Source: Eubacteriales bacterium (GTDB lineage Bacteria; Bacillota; Clostridia; Oscillospirales; SIG627). From it: 64,000 bases of DNA. Below are positions 18,607 to 28,279 of this stretch, piece after piece. The number at the start of each line of letters is the position of its first letter. Positions within the stretch are counted from its first letter, which is position 1. The position numbers were made by a program, and so were the translations under genes. The notes beneath the pieces were generated by a model. It was not told where the DNA came from, made no database searches, and worked only from the letters and a program-made list of their open reading frames with translations. Location of the stretch: NCBI GenBank assembly GCA_045660745.1, contig JAZREJ010000022.1:13232-77231 (forward strand), written 5' to 3'.

Positions 18607-19605
18607 ACGGCACGACGCAAATTACGTTTCAGACTTCGACAGAAGCCGGGAGAAAAAGGCATATTTCTGCCTGAAAGTGTTCTTAAATCACTTACTAATG
18701 CTACCGAAGCTGAACTTAAGCTTCTTATAATACTTGCAAAGGAAGGCCGTGATAAAGACTACCTTTCGGAATCGGATATACTTCCCGCCTGCGAAAACGC
18801 GGGTATTGACAAAGAGTCATTCGTTGAAGCGCTTGCCTTCTTCAGAGGGGCAGGACTTGTGGAAAACGAAGAAAAGGATTCCACCGTCCCCACAGTGAAG
18901 GAAGTTCCCGCTCCGACAAAGGAAGAACCTGTTCCCGCAAAGAGATCGGTTGAACGACCTAAAAGCTACACCTCGCTTGAGCTTGCGGGTGCTGCAGAGA
19001 GCCGTGAATTTCTTGAGCTTGTGGATTTCACTGCGGTAAGCCTCAAAAAAACGCTTAACCGCTCAGATATTACAACGCTTTATTCCTTCGTGGATTCGCT
19101 TCTTCTTCCTTATGACGTCATAATGCTTGGTATTGAACATTGTGTGACAGAAGGGAAGATGAGTCTCAGGTACGTCGAAAAGCTTCTTTGCGACTTTGCA
19201 GACCGAGAGATAAACACATACGAGCTTGCCGAAGAATACATACGCACACGCACACTTTATAAAAGCTTTGAGGGGAAGATACGCACAAAGCTCGGCCTTG
19301 GTCAGAGAAGCCTTACCCCCAAGGAAAAGGCAATGATCTCATGCTGGCAGACCGAATGGAAGGTTTCCGATGAGCTTATTGACTTTGCCTACGAGAAAAC
19401 AGTGGAAAAGACAGGCAAGGCAAGTATGAGTTATATGAACAAAATACTTGAAAACTGGCATACAGCCGGCTTTAAGACTCGTGCTGAAGTTGAAATGGGA
19501 GACGTAAAACCCTCCCTCGGACAATCCTCCTTCGACGTGGATGAATTTTTCTCGATTGCTGTTGCACATTCAAATAACAAACAAAAGGAGCAAATGAATG
19601 AGTGA
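18607..19605 (+). CDS. DnaD/DnaB-domain replication protein (apparent non-canonical start)
   Basis: two DnaB_2-like repeats (SLRYVEKLL; SYMNKILENW...GFKT); strong RBS AAGGAGGA at 18593-18600. Confidence 0.8.
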   Translation, partial: TARRKLRFRLRQKPGEKGIFLPESVLKSLTNATEAELKLLIILAKEGRDKDYLSESDILPACENAGIDKESFVEALAFFRGAGLVENEEKDSTVPTVKEVPAPTKEEPVPAKRSVERPKSYTSLELAGAAESREFLELVDFTAVSLKKTLNRSDITTLYSFVDSLLLPYDVIMLGIEHCVTEGKMSLRYVEKLLCDFADREINTYELAEEYIRTRTLYKSFEGKIRTKLGLGQRSLTPKEKAMISCWQTEWKVSDELIDFAYEKTVEKTGKASMSYMNKILENWHTAGFKTRAEVEMGDVKPSLGQSSFDVDEFFSIAVAHSNNKQKEQMNE

Positions 19606-20539
19606 TATACCGTTTGAAGAGCGCCGCGCAATAGCGCTTGAAAAGGCGGAGGAAAGAAGCCGCGAGGTCTGGGCGAAGAGTGAGGAGCTTGAGGCTATTG
19701 ATAAAGAGCTTTCCGGTATTGGACTTAACATTTTCAAAACGGCACTTCTCCCCGACGATAAAAGACAAGCGGAGTTCAACCGTCTGTCTGACGAAACGCG
19801 GATGCTACACGAAAAAAAGGCTAAGCTTCTTGCCCTTCTCGGATATCCCGAGGATTATACAAAGCCGAAATACGAGTGTGATAAGTGCTCTGATTCGGGA
19901 TATATCGGGCACAAGATGTGCGATTGCTATCGAAAGTATCTTATGACAAAGAGAGCCAAGGCATCGGGTCTTGGAAAAGCCCTTGAGACACAGAGCTTTG
20001 AAACAATAAGGCCTGAGCTTTATCCCGAATCCGTAAGGCATGATATGATGGGAATTGTGGATACCTGTCGTAAGTATGCAAACGAATTCAACGGAGAGGA
20101 CGGTAACTCGCTTCTGCTCATAGGCTCAACAGGACTCGGTAAGACACACCTGTCCAGTGCTATTGCAAAGACGGTGCTTGAAAATGGCTTTTCGGTGGTA
20201 TACGAGAGTGCTCAGAATCTTATTTCTACATTTGAGAGAGACCGTTTTTCTCAGGAAACAAAAAAAGCGTCCGACCGATATTTTGACTGTGATCTTCTTA
20301 TAATTGACGATCTCGGAACAGAGGTACGTGCACAGACATCTCTTTCGTATTTTTATACGCTTATAAACACAAGACTCGTTAATTCAAAATCTGTGATAAT
20401 CAATACAAATCTCACAGGGCAAACACTTCAGTCACACTATGACGAGCGGTTCGTTTCCCGCCTTTTGGGAGAGTATCAGGTAATGCTCTTCAAAGGAGAG
20501 GATGTCAGAAAAATAAAAAAATCAAGAGGTGTAAAATGA
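19598..20539 (+). CDS. DnaC/DnaI-like helicase loader ATPase
   Basis: CDKCSDSG...CDC zinc site, GSTGLGKT Walker A, LLIIDDLGTE Walker B, SRL. Confidence 0.88.
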   Translation: MSDIPFEERRAIALEKAEERSREVWAKSEELEAIDKELSGIGLNIFKTALLPDDKRQAEFNRLSDETRMLHEKKAKLLALLGYPEDYTKPKYECDKCSDSGYIGHKMCDCYRKYLMTKRAKASGLGKALETQSFETIRPELYPESVRHDMMGIVDTCRKYANEFNGEDGNSLLLIGSTGLGKTHLSSAIAKTVLENGFSVVYESAQNLISTFERDRFSQETKKASDRYFDCDLLIIDDLGTEVRAQTSLSYFYTLINTRLVNSKSVIINTNLTGQTLQSHYDERFVSRLLGEYQVMLFKGEDVRKIKKSRGVK

Positions 20540-20793
20540 TAAAGATAACTGTTGAAGTTGAAGGTATGAAGTGCCCTATGTGTGAGGCACATACAAATGA
20601 TGCAGTCAAGGAAGCTCTTGACGTCAAAAGCGTTGTATCCTCCCATAAGGAAAACAAGACCGAAATCACGGTTGAAAATGATATTCCCGACGAAAAGATA
20701 ATCGAAGCGCTTTCCAAAACAGGCTATACCATCGGCGATATCACCCGTGAAGAAGCTAAAAAGCAAGGCTTTTTCGCAAGATTTAAAAAATAA
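20536..20793 (+). CDS. heavy-metal-associated (CopZ-like) protein
   Basis: VEGMKCPMC motif. Confidence 0.85.
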   Translation: MIKITVEVEGMKCPMCEAHTNDAVKEALDVKSVVSSHKENKTEITVENDIPDEKIIEALSKTGYTIGDITREEAKKQGFFARFKK

Positions 20794-20847
20794 TGCAAAT
20801 TCTCTGTATTACAAAAGAATTCCCGACACTCTCGTGTCGGGATATTT

Positions 20848-21345
20848 TTATGCCTTTTTGTGACGAAAGCGTATCCAGAATACAACGGCTGAAACCATAG
20901 AGAACACCTCGCATGTAATACCGCCTATGGTGAAAACAACTACATTATTTATAAGCCACAGCGGAGATTGAAAGAATATTCTGAATTTTCGAATACCTAT
21001 CTCAGAGGCGAACCACATAGCGTAAGTACCGACAAGCTCAGCGGCACACACAAGAAGTGACAGCACACCTGTATAGCTCAATGCTGTTGCAACAGCTATT
21101 ACTGTACAAACCGCAACAAACATATAGTCTTTTCGAGTGTGTCTGTTTGAAGCAAGTATTCCTCTCAAAGCACACACCATATTGATTATGGCGCTTGTGG
21201 GTGAGCCGAGCAAGAAATAGCTTATTGCAAAAAGTGTACAGGTGCACACCGATGCCACACAAAAATGGCTCGTTTTTTTAATCTGAAAGGCAAAAACCGT
21301 GCCTATCATTCCGATTATACTTAATATTTGTGCTAAAACTTCCAT
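20848..21345 (-). CDS. YgjV-family inner membrane protein
   Basis: AQILSIIG...AFQIK, multiple transmembrane helices, PLWLINN...TIGG. Confidence 0.7.
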   Translation of the reverse strand: MEVLAQILSIIGMIGTVFAFQIKKTSHFCVASVCTCTLFAISYFLLGSPTSAIINMVCALRGILASNRHTRKDYMFVAVCTVIAVATALSYTGVLSLLVCAAELVGTYAMWFASEIGIRKFRIFFQSPLWLINNVVVFTIGGITCEVFSMVSAVVFWIRFRHKKA

Positions 21346-21375
21346 TTTTATCCTCTTTTCGGAATATTAATAAAA

Positions 21376-22242
21376 TTATCTAAGGTCGAATATATTGCTC
21401 CACGCGAATAAGCCGTCCGCTGTCTCCAGCTCTACTCTGACCCACTTTTCAAACTCCTGCGGTATATACTCTGCGTGTGTCACGCCCTTGAAAACTCGCT
21501 GAGACCATGCGGCACCCGACACGAAGGAGAGTCTTTTACACTCGTCGGAAGAATCAACAACGATTTTGTTCCCCTCACGTCTTGCGTAAAGCTCGGGACC
21601 TTGTGTTGCGTAAAAGCGTCCTTCCTTTACGGCATTCACAATATCGTCGGCGCTGTCCGACTCGGATTCTACCATGATATATGATTTACAGTCATCCTCG
21701 CCGCAGTAATAGTGAGCATCATCCGTTGCAACAAGCGGAAGAATATATCCTCGGTTAGCAAGTATATCCACGATATACCCCGAATAAGGACGGAAGCTCA
21801 TTCCGACGTCGGATACCGAATTGTATATTTCGAGAGCGGAAAACCCGTGAAGCGGCTCTATCATTTCGGGAGTATTAAGAGACCACGCGGGGTGTGCAAG
21901 TATCGCAATTCCACCCGCTTCGCCTATCCGATCAATAACCGTCTGCGGATCTGCATCTTTAGGCATTTGGGGGTCATATTTCATATTGATGCCAACAATA
22001 TGCATAACAAGTCCCGACGTATCGCCGCCGCCCACGTTATACTCAGCGCCCGAAAGAACGCAAAGTCCGTCCTCAATGCCGCCCTCTCCGTATGCCCAAT
22101 GGTCAGTCAGTGCAATAGCATCAAAGCCTGCATCACGGTAACGCTTTTTTGCCTCATCGGGAGAAAGCCGTCCGTCTGACACGCTTGTGTGAATATGAAG
22201 CCCTACCTTATACCATTTTCTGCCGTTTGTATCAATAAACAT
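21376..22242 (-). CDS. PHP-domain metallohydrolase (CehA/McbA-like)
   Basis: LHIHTSVSDG, LTDH, AHPAWS, EIYN and DDAH. Confidence 0.85.
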   Translation of the reverse strand: MFIDTNGRKWYKVGLHIHTSVSDGRLSPDEAKKRYRDAGFDAIALTDHWAYGEGGIEDGLCVLSGAEYNVGGGDTSGLVMHIVGINMKYDPQMPKDADPQTVIDRIGEAGGIAILAHPAWSLNTPEMIEPLHGFSALEIYNSVSDVGMSFRPYSGYIVDILANRGYILPLVATDDAHYYCGEDDCKSYIMVESESDSADDIVNAVKEGRFYATQGPELYARREGNKIVVDSSDECKRLSFVSGAAWSQRVFKGVTHAEYIPQEFEKWVRVELETADGLFAWSNIFDLR

Positions 22243-22244
22243 AT

Positions 22245-22982
22245 TCAATCCTCCGGTGTATATTCAAACACAGGCATCAATTCAAGCTTGAAAAGATTCA
22301 TTTTATGCTTTCTGTCAATAATATCCTTTGTCTGAAGGTCGTCTATTTCCCCCGTCCTTATATATCTGTCAAGCACAGCATAGGTAAAACCGAGGTTGTC
22401 CTCATCTGTCTTACCGCAAAGTCCGTCAATAGGGGTCTTCTCAACGAGCATCTCGGGGAGTCCGAGCACCCTTCCTATCTCCTTTACCTCCGCAACCGTA
22501 AGACGGGAAAGCGGGCTGAAATCTCCTACCGAATCCCCGTAGCGGGTGGAGTATCCCACCCAATCCTCCGAAAGGTTGCAGGTGTTTGCAACACGTCCGT
22601 TAACGCTCTGCGAAACAGCGTAAAGCGTTGTCATCCTGACACGTGGCGGTATATTATTCACCGTTTGCTCGGTAAGTTCAAGCTCCTTAGGTAAAGATTC
22701 CTTTAAGGCGTTCACGGTTTCTTTTATATTCACAACAAAATGCTTTATTCCAAGATGTGACACAAGCAATTCGGCAGCGTCAATATCATGCTGTACACCG
22801 TTTGGCATAAGCACGCCAACAACCCTGTCAACTCCCAGCGCCTCGACACAAAGCGCCGCTACAACCGAGCTGTCCTTGCCGCCTGATATTCCGACAACGG
22901 CAACGCATCCTTTTCCGTTATTCTCAAAGAAATCTCTAATCCATAAAACAACATCATTTTTGACCTTTTCTGCACAAAACAC
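22245..22982 (-). CDS. nadE: NH3-dependent NAD+ synthetase
   Basis: GISGGKDSS, RVRM, NLSE..VGYSTRYGD and TDEDNLG. Confidence 0.93.
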   Translation of the reverse strand: MFCAEKVKNDVVLWIRDFFENNGKGCVAVVGISGGKDSSVVAALCVEALGVDRVVGVLMPNGVQHDIDAAELLVSHLGIKHFVVNIKETVNALKESLPKELELTEQTVNNIPPRVRMTTLYAVSQSVNGRVANTCNLSEDWVGYSTRYGDSVGDFSPLSRLTVAEVKEIGRVLGLPEMLVEKTPIDGLCGKTDEDNLGFTYAVLDRYIRTGEIDDLQTKDIIDRKHKMNLFKLELMPVFEYTPED

Positions 22983-23040
22983 TCGAACGTCCCCCTTCCA
23001 AACAGTGAGATTATAACATAAAAGCCCCTCTTTGTAAAGG

Positions 23041-23066
23041 AAAACGGCAGAAAAATCTGCCGTTTT
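23041..23066 (-). terminator. terminator of the XRE/IseA-like operon
   Basis: AAAACGGCAGA-aaaa-TCTGCCGTTTT. Confidence 0.75.
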
Positions 23067-23069
23067 AAT

Positions 23070-26000
23070 TTATTTTATAAGCTTTTCAAATGCCACTCTT
23101 TCAACCCATGAGATAAATTCGACTCTGCCCGAGTGGTAGGTGGTTTCTTCAATGCTTTCATGCGGATAAAATACAGTTTCACCGTTTTCAAGATTCTTGA
23201 TATAAATGCCGATTTCAGCCTTATCCCAACCGCTCAGGTGTGAATAGCTTGAATCCCACCAAGGTGCTAAATAAAGAAGATACCTGCCGTCGGGTGAAAG
23301 CCTCGGCTCCTCGGCATAATCCTCTGCAAGAGATAATTCTCCCGTATTAAAGTCATAGATATAGACTGCCTGATAGTTATGATACGCATGTCCGCCATTA
23401 TCTCCTGCAAAAAGGGTGACGTTGCGGTTTATGACAAGCCATCTGTCGTCAACAAGCGCCGTACAGTATGCATTGTCCTCCTCGGTTGAGGGGAGCTTGA
23501 ATTCGCAAAGCACGTATCCCGAATCAAGCGAATATATCCTGTAGGTGGTCACACCGTTTTCGGTATACGAGAAGGCGAGTCTGTTCTCGTCCACCTCAAA
23601 AAGGTACGCACCGCTTCCGTTTTTATCAAGGGAAGGCACGTATTCGTACTTATTTTCGCTCACTTTAATACTTTTGGGAGTATTGTCTCTCATCACGCCC
23701 CAGTCCCAATAATCGTCACTGTTAAAGGTTTTTGTTATCTGTCCGTTTTCAATCACGTCATACTCAACACGCCAATCGGCACCGAGATAGCTTTCCTTTC
23801 CGTAGTCTCCCTCCCCCTCGCAAATATATTTGATTCGCCCGAGGGTGAAGCCGTCTGCGGAAACGTAGGAAATTTTACTTTCAAATAAGAATTGTGCCAA
23901 AAGGCTGTTTTCTTCAAGCTCACCGAGCGGTGTGTAGGGGTATGTAACACGCCACTTATTATTAAGCCTTTCCCACAGTGCGTGCCCCTCGTCAAAGCTT
24001 TTCGTGTTTTCATTAAGGAATGCCAAGTGGTAGGCGTTTGAATGTCTTGAATAGCGCTCAACGTCATATGATACAAATGGAACGTAGCTTCCGAAATCGA
24101 AATCCTCCGCCGCTGTTCTTTCATTGGGAGTGTAGGTCATCATATCAAGAGTGACCTCCGGGAGTGTAATTTGTGCAAATACCGTTGCGGAGCTGTATCC
24201 GTTTAAATAAAACTTGTCATAAAACTCAATGCCGTCATACTTTTCATATTCGCCGTTTTCAAGGCGCCATCCCGCCTTTGTTTTATGAAGTGAGAAAACA
24301 ACGTTCTTTTCAAGCGCTCCGTCAACAAGTCGGTCAAGCTTCACCATCACAAAGCCTTCGTACTGTTCCACAATTTCAAGGGTCTCAAACAGATATTCGA
24401 CCTGTCTTGTACTCGCATCTGCGTTAAAGTAAAGGTTGCCTTCACCCTCGGTATACAGTGCATCTCCTCCCTTTATCATGGGGAAAAAGATTCGCTCTGC
24501 GGCACTCGTTGTAAATACGCTGTAGGCGAAAGCCTTTATATCCTCGTCTGCCTTAAGAAACGGCGATTTCACAACCCCGTCAACTGTAGGCGGGGCAAGA
24601 GCTACCCGATCCCACAAAAGGTAGGCACGGTTTAAGAGCGGTCTGAATATTTCAAGCACTCGCTCACGGGTGAGTGTATCGCTCCTTTTCAGATAATAAG
24701 AATCGAAAGTAATCTCCTCACTCGGATATCTTTTTTTCACGGCTAACACAGGGGCAGTTGAATCTTTCTCTGTAACAGTTGCCCTGTGGAGTATCCAATC
24801 CTCTCCGTTTTTATTTATTTCAACGTCAAAGATCTCAAGGTCTGTTTCAACAGAAAGATAGAGCAGATCAAGTCTCTTACGCTTTGTGGAAATGCTTCTG
24901 ATCTCGCTTGACAGCTCTCCCGGTGCATCAATTTTTTCCAGGGTATAAAGCCGTCCGTCCTTTTCAATGTACTTAGCGCTTTCACCCTCAACAATGGGCT
25001 TTAAGAGTTGAAGGTCGAAAAAGGAATAGTGAAAAGCCGAATGGAAATATTTTTCAACATCATCCATTGTTTTAAAGCCATTCTCAACTATCATATAGTA
25101 TTCTCGTCCGTTGATAACAGTCGGTGTTGTGCTCGTTTCAAAATCACAGAAAACAAGCTTTCTCAAAACACTCTCACAACGTCTCAAAACGGCATTCACA
25201 ACACTGCGGATCTCCTGATCGCCAAGAGAGTTCACGTATCTCTCGTTCTCGGAGTTTTCAAGCCTCCAGCCGCTGTCGGTGTTTTGCATAACGAACACCG
25301 CTTCCTCACCGTCGGAAGTGAGAAGGGACACCATTACAACGTCCTTGTACTGTGCCACCACCTCAAAGGTGTCAAAATCGTACTCAATATTTCTGCCGTG
25401 TGCGGCTGAGTGATAGTAAAGCTTCCCATCCTCATCGACATATCTCGGAATATCATCTGCATAAACGGGATATATCTCACTTTTAAAAAGCCGTATCGCA
25501 GCAGACTCGGTGTAAGCGCTGAGTGCCATATTCCAAACATCTGAAAGCGTTGTAATTTCGGGAGTATCGGCAAAATAATAGGAGTGATTACCGTTTCTGA
25601 AGGCTTCGGTTTTAGTTATACTCCAGGAGGGAGAGTTTTTTATCCGCTCGTGCACCGTTATGCCACGCTCTAAAAGAGGCTTAAAAATGCTCTTTATCTC
25701 ATCGACAGAATATAGCATATCCATTTTGGAAAGCTCCTTGTCGTCAAAAGACAAAATGCCACTGCCTAAATTGAATACAGCTTCCTTTTCGCTGATATTT
25801 TCAACGTGCTCCGAAACGCTCTTAATTCGCCATCCATCACCTATGTCAACGATTTCCGTCTCAAGTGTGAAATAATAAAAGTCAACAAGTGCCCTAAAGC
25901 TTCTTTCCTCTTTTCCCACCTTCTCGGAGAGGATACGCACGCTTTTTATATCGGTCACGGTATAAAGAGTAGGTCTTTTTCCAATAACGTACAGCCTTTT

Positions 26001-26366
26001 TACATGCTCAATTATTCTCGGGGTAAAGTTTCCTTCAGCCATTGCCATATCAATTAAACGGCTTCCGTCGAGAAATACACTGTTCACATACGTTTTAAGC
26101 TCGTCTGCAGTCGTTACTCCGTCCTCGACCACCTTATAATATTTAATACCGTCAAAGAGATCTGCCTGTTCCCGTGCCTGAAGCGTGCCTCCTATTAGCT
26201 TTTCGTAAACCTCTCCTGCTCGAGTGAAAAGATCAAAAGTTACAGTCTCTATTTCATCACGGTTTAATTTTTCCTGAGGGACCTTATCCAAAACAATGCT
26301 TTTTACAACAATAGCCGCTACTAAAAGAAAGACTGTCGTTATAACTGCAAAAATAAGTTTTTTCAC
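23070..26366 (-). CDS. large exported protein with four IseA-like repeats and a C-terminal beta-propeller-like domain
   Basis: N-terminal signal/anchor; repeated 'YY.V....T..D.....SAF...Y.E.DG.LY...GWRL' modules; PRLSPDGRYLLY TolB/WD40-like motif. Confidence 0.6.
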   Translation of the reverse strand: MKKLIFAVITTVFLLVAAIVVKSIVLDKVPQEKLNRDEIETVTFDLFTRAGEVYEKLIGGTLQAREQADLFDGIKYYKVVEDGVTTADELKTYVNSVFLDGSRLIDMAMAEGNFTPRIIEHVKRLYVIGKRPTLYTVTDIKSVRILSEKVGKEERSFRALVDFYYFTLETEIVDIGDGWRIKSVSEHVENISEKEAVFNLGSGILSFDDKELSKMDMLYSVDEIKSIFKPLLERGITVHERIKNSPSWSITKTEAFRNGNHSYYFADTPEITTLSDVWNMALSAYTESAAIRLFKSEIYPVYADDIPRYVDEDGKLYYHSAAHGRNIEYDFDTFEVVAQYKDVVMVSLLTSDGEEAVFVMQNTDSGWRLENSENERYVNSLGDQEIRSVVNAVLRRCESVLRKLVFCDFETSTTPTVINGREYYMIVENGFKTMDDVEKYFHSAFHYSFFDLQLLKPIVEGESAKYIEKDGRLYTLEKIDAPGELSSEIRSISTKRKRLDLLYLSVETDLEIFDVEINKNGEDWILHRATVTEKDSTAPVLAVKKRYPSEEITFDSYYLKRSDTLTRERVLEIFRPLLNRAYLLWDRVALAPPTVDGVVKSPFLKADEDIKAFAYSVFTTSAAERIFFPMIKGGDALYTEGEGNLYFNADASTRQVEYLFETLEIVEQYEGFVMVKLDRLVDGALEKNVVFSLHKTKAGWRLENGEYEKYDGIEFYDKFYLNGYSSATVFAQITLPEVTLDMMTYTPNERTAAEDFDFGSYVPFVSYDVERYSRHSNAYHLAFLNENTKSFDEGHALWERLNNKWRVTYPYTPLGELEENSLLAQFLFESKISYVSADGFTLGRIKYICEGEGDYGKESYLGADWRVEYDVIENGQITKTFNSDDYWDWGVMRDNTPKSIKVSENKYEYVPSLDKNGSGAYLFEVDENRLAFSYTENGVTTYRIYSLDSGYVLCEFKLPSTEEDNAYCTALVDDRWLVINRNVTLFAGDNGGHAYHNYQAVYIYDFNTGELSLAEDYAEEPRLSPDGRYLLYLAPWWDSSYSHLSGWDKAEIGIYIKNLENGETVFYPHESIEETTYHSGRVEFISWVERVAFEKLIK

Positions 26367-28279
26367 TCAATTTCCTCCATAAGCTTATCCCGTCTTATCC
26401 ACCCCTTGAATATGGCATACTCGGAATATTCCATAAAATAAAGCGTGCCTGCTTCAAGGTCCTTTATATAATAGCCGCTCGGCATATTAAAGCTTGCATC
26501 ATATCCTGTCTGTGCTCCGTAATTTCCTGTGTAAGCGATATATTTCATATCAGGAGAAACTAATGCTTGTTGCGCATAATTTTGAAGAAGCGTCAGCTCT
26601 CCCGTTTCGATATCGTAAAGATAGCTTGCCCATATCGGACCTTCGGTGTCAAACGCCTTTGTCATATCCGTCACTTCGAAAACGCAATATCTTCCGCCCA
26701 CAAAATCACGAAGCGTCATAAATTTTTCGCTCCAATCAAACGGGACGTTTATTTCATATTCAACGCGCCCGCTCTCAAACGACCAAACGTAATAAGAGAG
26801 TCTTTTATCGGCGGTCTTTGGTAGGCAATAATAAATAAAATACTCGTCATCAATAAACGATGTGAAGTATCCTCTTTCAAGTCTTGGTATAGGATAGAAT
26901 ATATCGGCGATTTCATCGTAGGTGAGCTTATGTGGAGGGGATTTTTCCAAAACATGCGAAAAAGTAAGCTCTCCGTTTTCAAAGACCTCATAAATATTCC
27001 TCCACTCGGGTTTATCAAGGCTCTCTATCTCTCCCTCTCCAATATATTCAAGGCGGTACCGCCCGATCATATCAAGGTCCTCTGACATATAGTTGACACG
27101 GCTTTTAAAAAGGAAATCCGTGTAAGCATCTTCATAGCGTTCATCAGTGATACGATAATTTGCGTCACCGAAAACAAAGCCGTCAACAATGGGGGCTTCC
27201 ACAAAATATTTACCGTTGAGTTTTTCCCAAAGTCCGAGCGCCTCGTCAAGACTCTCGCATTTTGAATCGAAAATCACGTGATCGTAATAGACGCCGTGTC
27301 TATCGTAAAAGCGACCGTTGTATATCGCCCACGGGATATATTCACCGAATTCAAGCTCGGAAAAGGGCTTGGGGTCTCCGAATTCAAACGGTGCGTAGGA
27401 AAAATCCTCGGGGAAATCAACACTTACAACCTTATGTGAAAGCGGTGTGCGTGTAAGCGTAATTATGGCAAATTCCCCGTCAATCGGCAAAACAAATGCA
27501 TCCTCTGTCATATATTTTATCCAAAAGCCTTCGCGATTGGGCGGATAAAAGAGTCGGTCATACTCAATACACGGCTCAAGAAGGGTATTGCCTTGCGAGT
27601 CGATAAAGCCTATTTTCTCATCAAGCTGTACCACTGAAAGACCGTTGTAAACACAGCTTATATAGTCAAACATATCGCTTAGAGTTTTCCCTTGAGGATC
27701 TTGAAGGAAAAAGCGTCGCGTGTCATCTGCTTCAACCGACTTAAGGGTCGCACCATCGTAATGCGTGATTTTTTTATAATCCGTGACGGTGGTATGCCTC
27801 GGATAATTTGTATCGAGTATTTCTCCGCTCGTGTCAACGAGCAGCTTTCGGTTTTCACCGTTCAGGCAACACTCAAATACGGTTGCTCCGCCCTCGAAAG
27901 CGTAAAAAGCCTTATAGCTAAGCACCGAATCGATCGGAATTCCCGTGAAAACCAGGTTTACAATCACTTTCTGTCCATTGTAAATAAACTCTTTCGGAAA
28001 GTTCTGGTCTCTTGGAGCACGCTTGAGTATATCCGCGTCCCCTTTTGCATCAAAAACAAGACTCTCTTTCTCCTGTGATGCTACCTTATCATCCGCGCTT
28101 TCCAGAGTTTCTTTGCTCTCAATCATACCTTGGTCATACTCAATATCCGCCTCATATTCTTCTATTATGTCAGCAGGAGCTGCGATTCTGTCCTCGTCTG
28201 TGTTAAATACACAAAAACAGACAAATATCAAAGCAGCAAGAAGAAGCAGCGAAGCGATAACTAATAAAAACTTTTTCAT
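26363..28279 (-). CDS. exported protein with WG repeat and a C-terminal domain paralogous to its neighbour
   Basis: signal/anchor; KIGFIDSQGN WG repeat; VSPDMKYIAY; C-terminal half aligns by eye with 23070-26366. Confidence 0.6.
   Translation of the reverse strand: MKKFLLVIASLLLLAALIFVCFCVFNTDEDRIAAPADIIEEYEADIEYDQGMIESKETLESADDKVASQEKESLVFDAKGDADILKRAPRDQNFPKEFIYNGQKVIVNLVFTGIPIDSVLSYKAFYAFEGGATVFECCLNGENRKLLVDTSGEILDTNYPRHTTVTDYKKITHYDGATLKSVEADDTRRFFLQDPQGKTLSDMFDYISCVYNGLSVVQLDEKIGFIDSQGNTLLEPCIEYDRLFYPPNREGFWIKYMTEDAFVLPIDGEFAIITLTRTPLSHKVVSVDFPEDFSYAPFEFGDPKPFSELEFGEYIPWAIYNGRFYDRHGVYYDHVIFDSKCESLDEALGLWEKLNGKYFVEAPIVDGFVFGDANYRITDERYEDAYTDFLFKSRVNYMSEDLDMIGRYRLEYIGEGEIESLDKPEWRNIYEVFENGELTFSHVLEKSPPHKLTYDEIADIFYPIPRLERGYFTSFIDDEYFIYYCLPKTADKRLSYYVWSFESGRVEYEINVPFDWSEKFMTLRDFVGGRYCVFEVTDMTKAFDTEGPIWASYLYDIETGELTLLQNYAQQALVSPDMKYIAYTGNYGAQTGYDASFNMPSGYYIKDLEAGTLYFMEYSEYAIFKGWIRRDKLMEEIE

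Noticed and set aside
19598-20539. IstB-like ATPase suggesting an IS21 element or prophage replication module
   Set aside because: No IstA transposase, inverted repeats or phage genes; a DnaD-like plus DnaC-like pair is the normal clostridial chromosomal arrangement.
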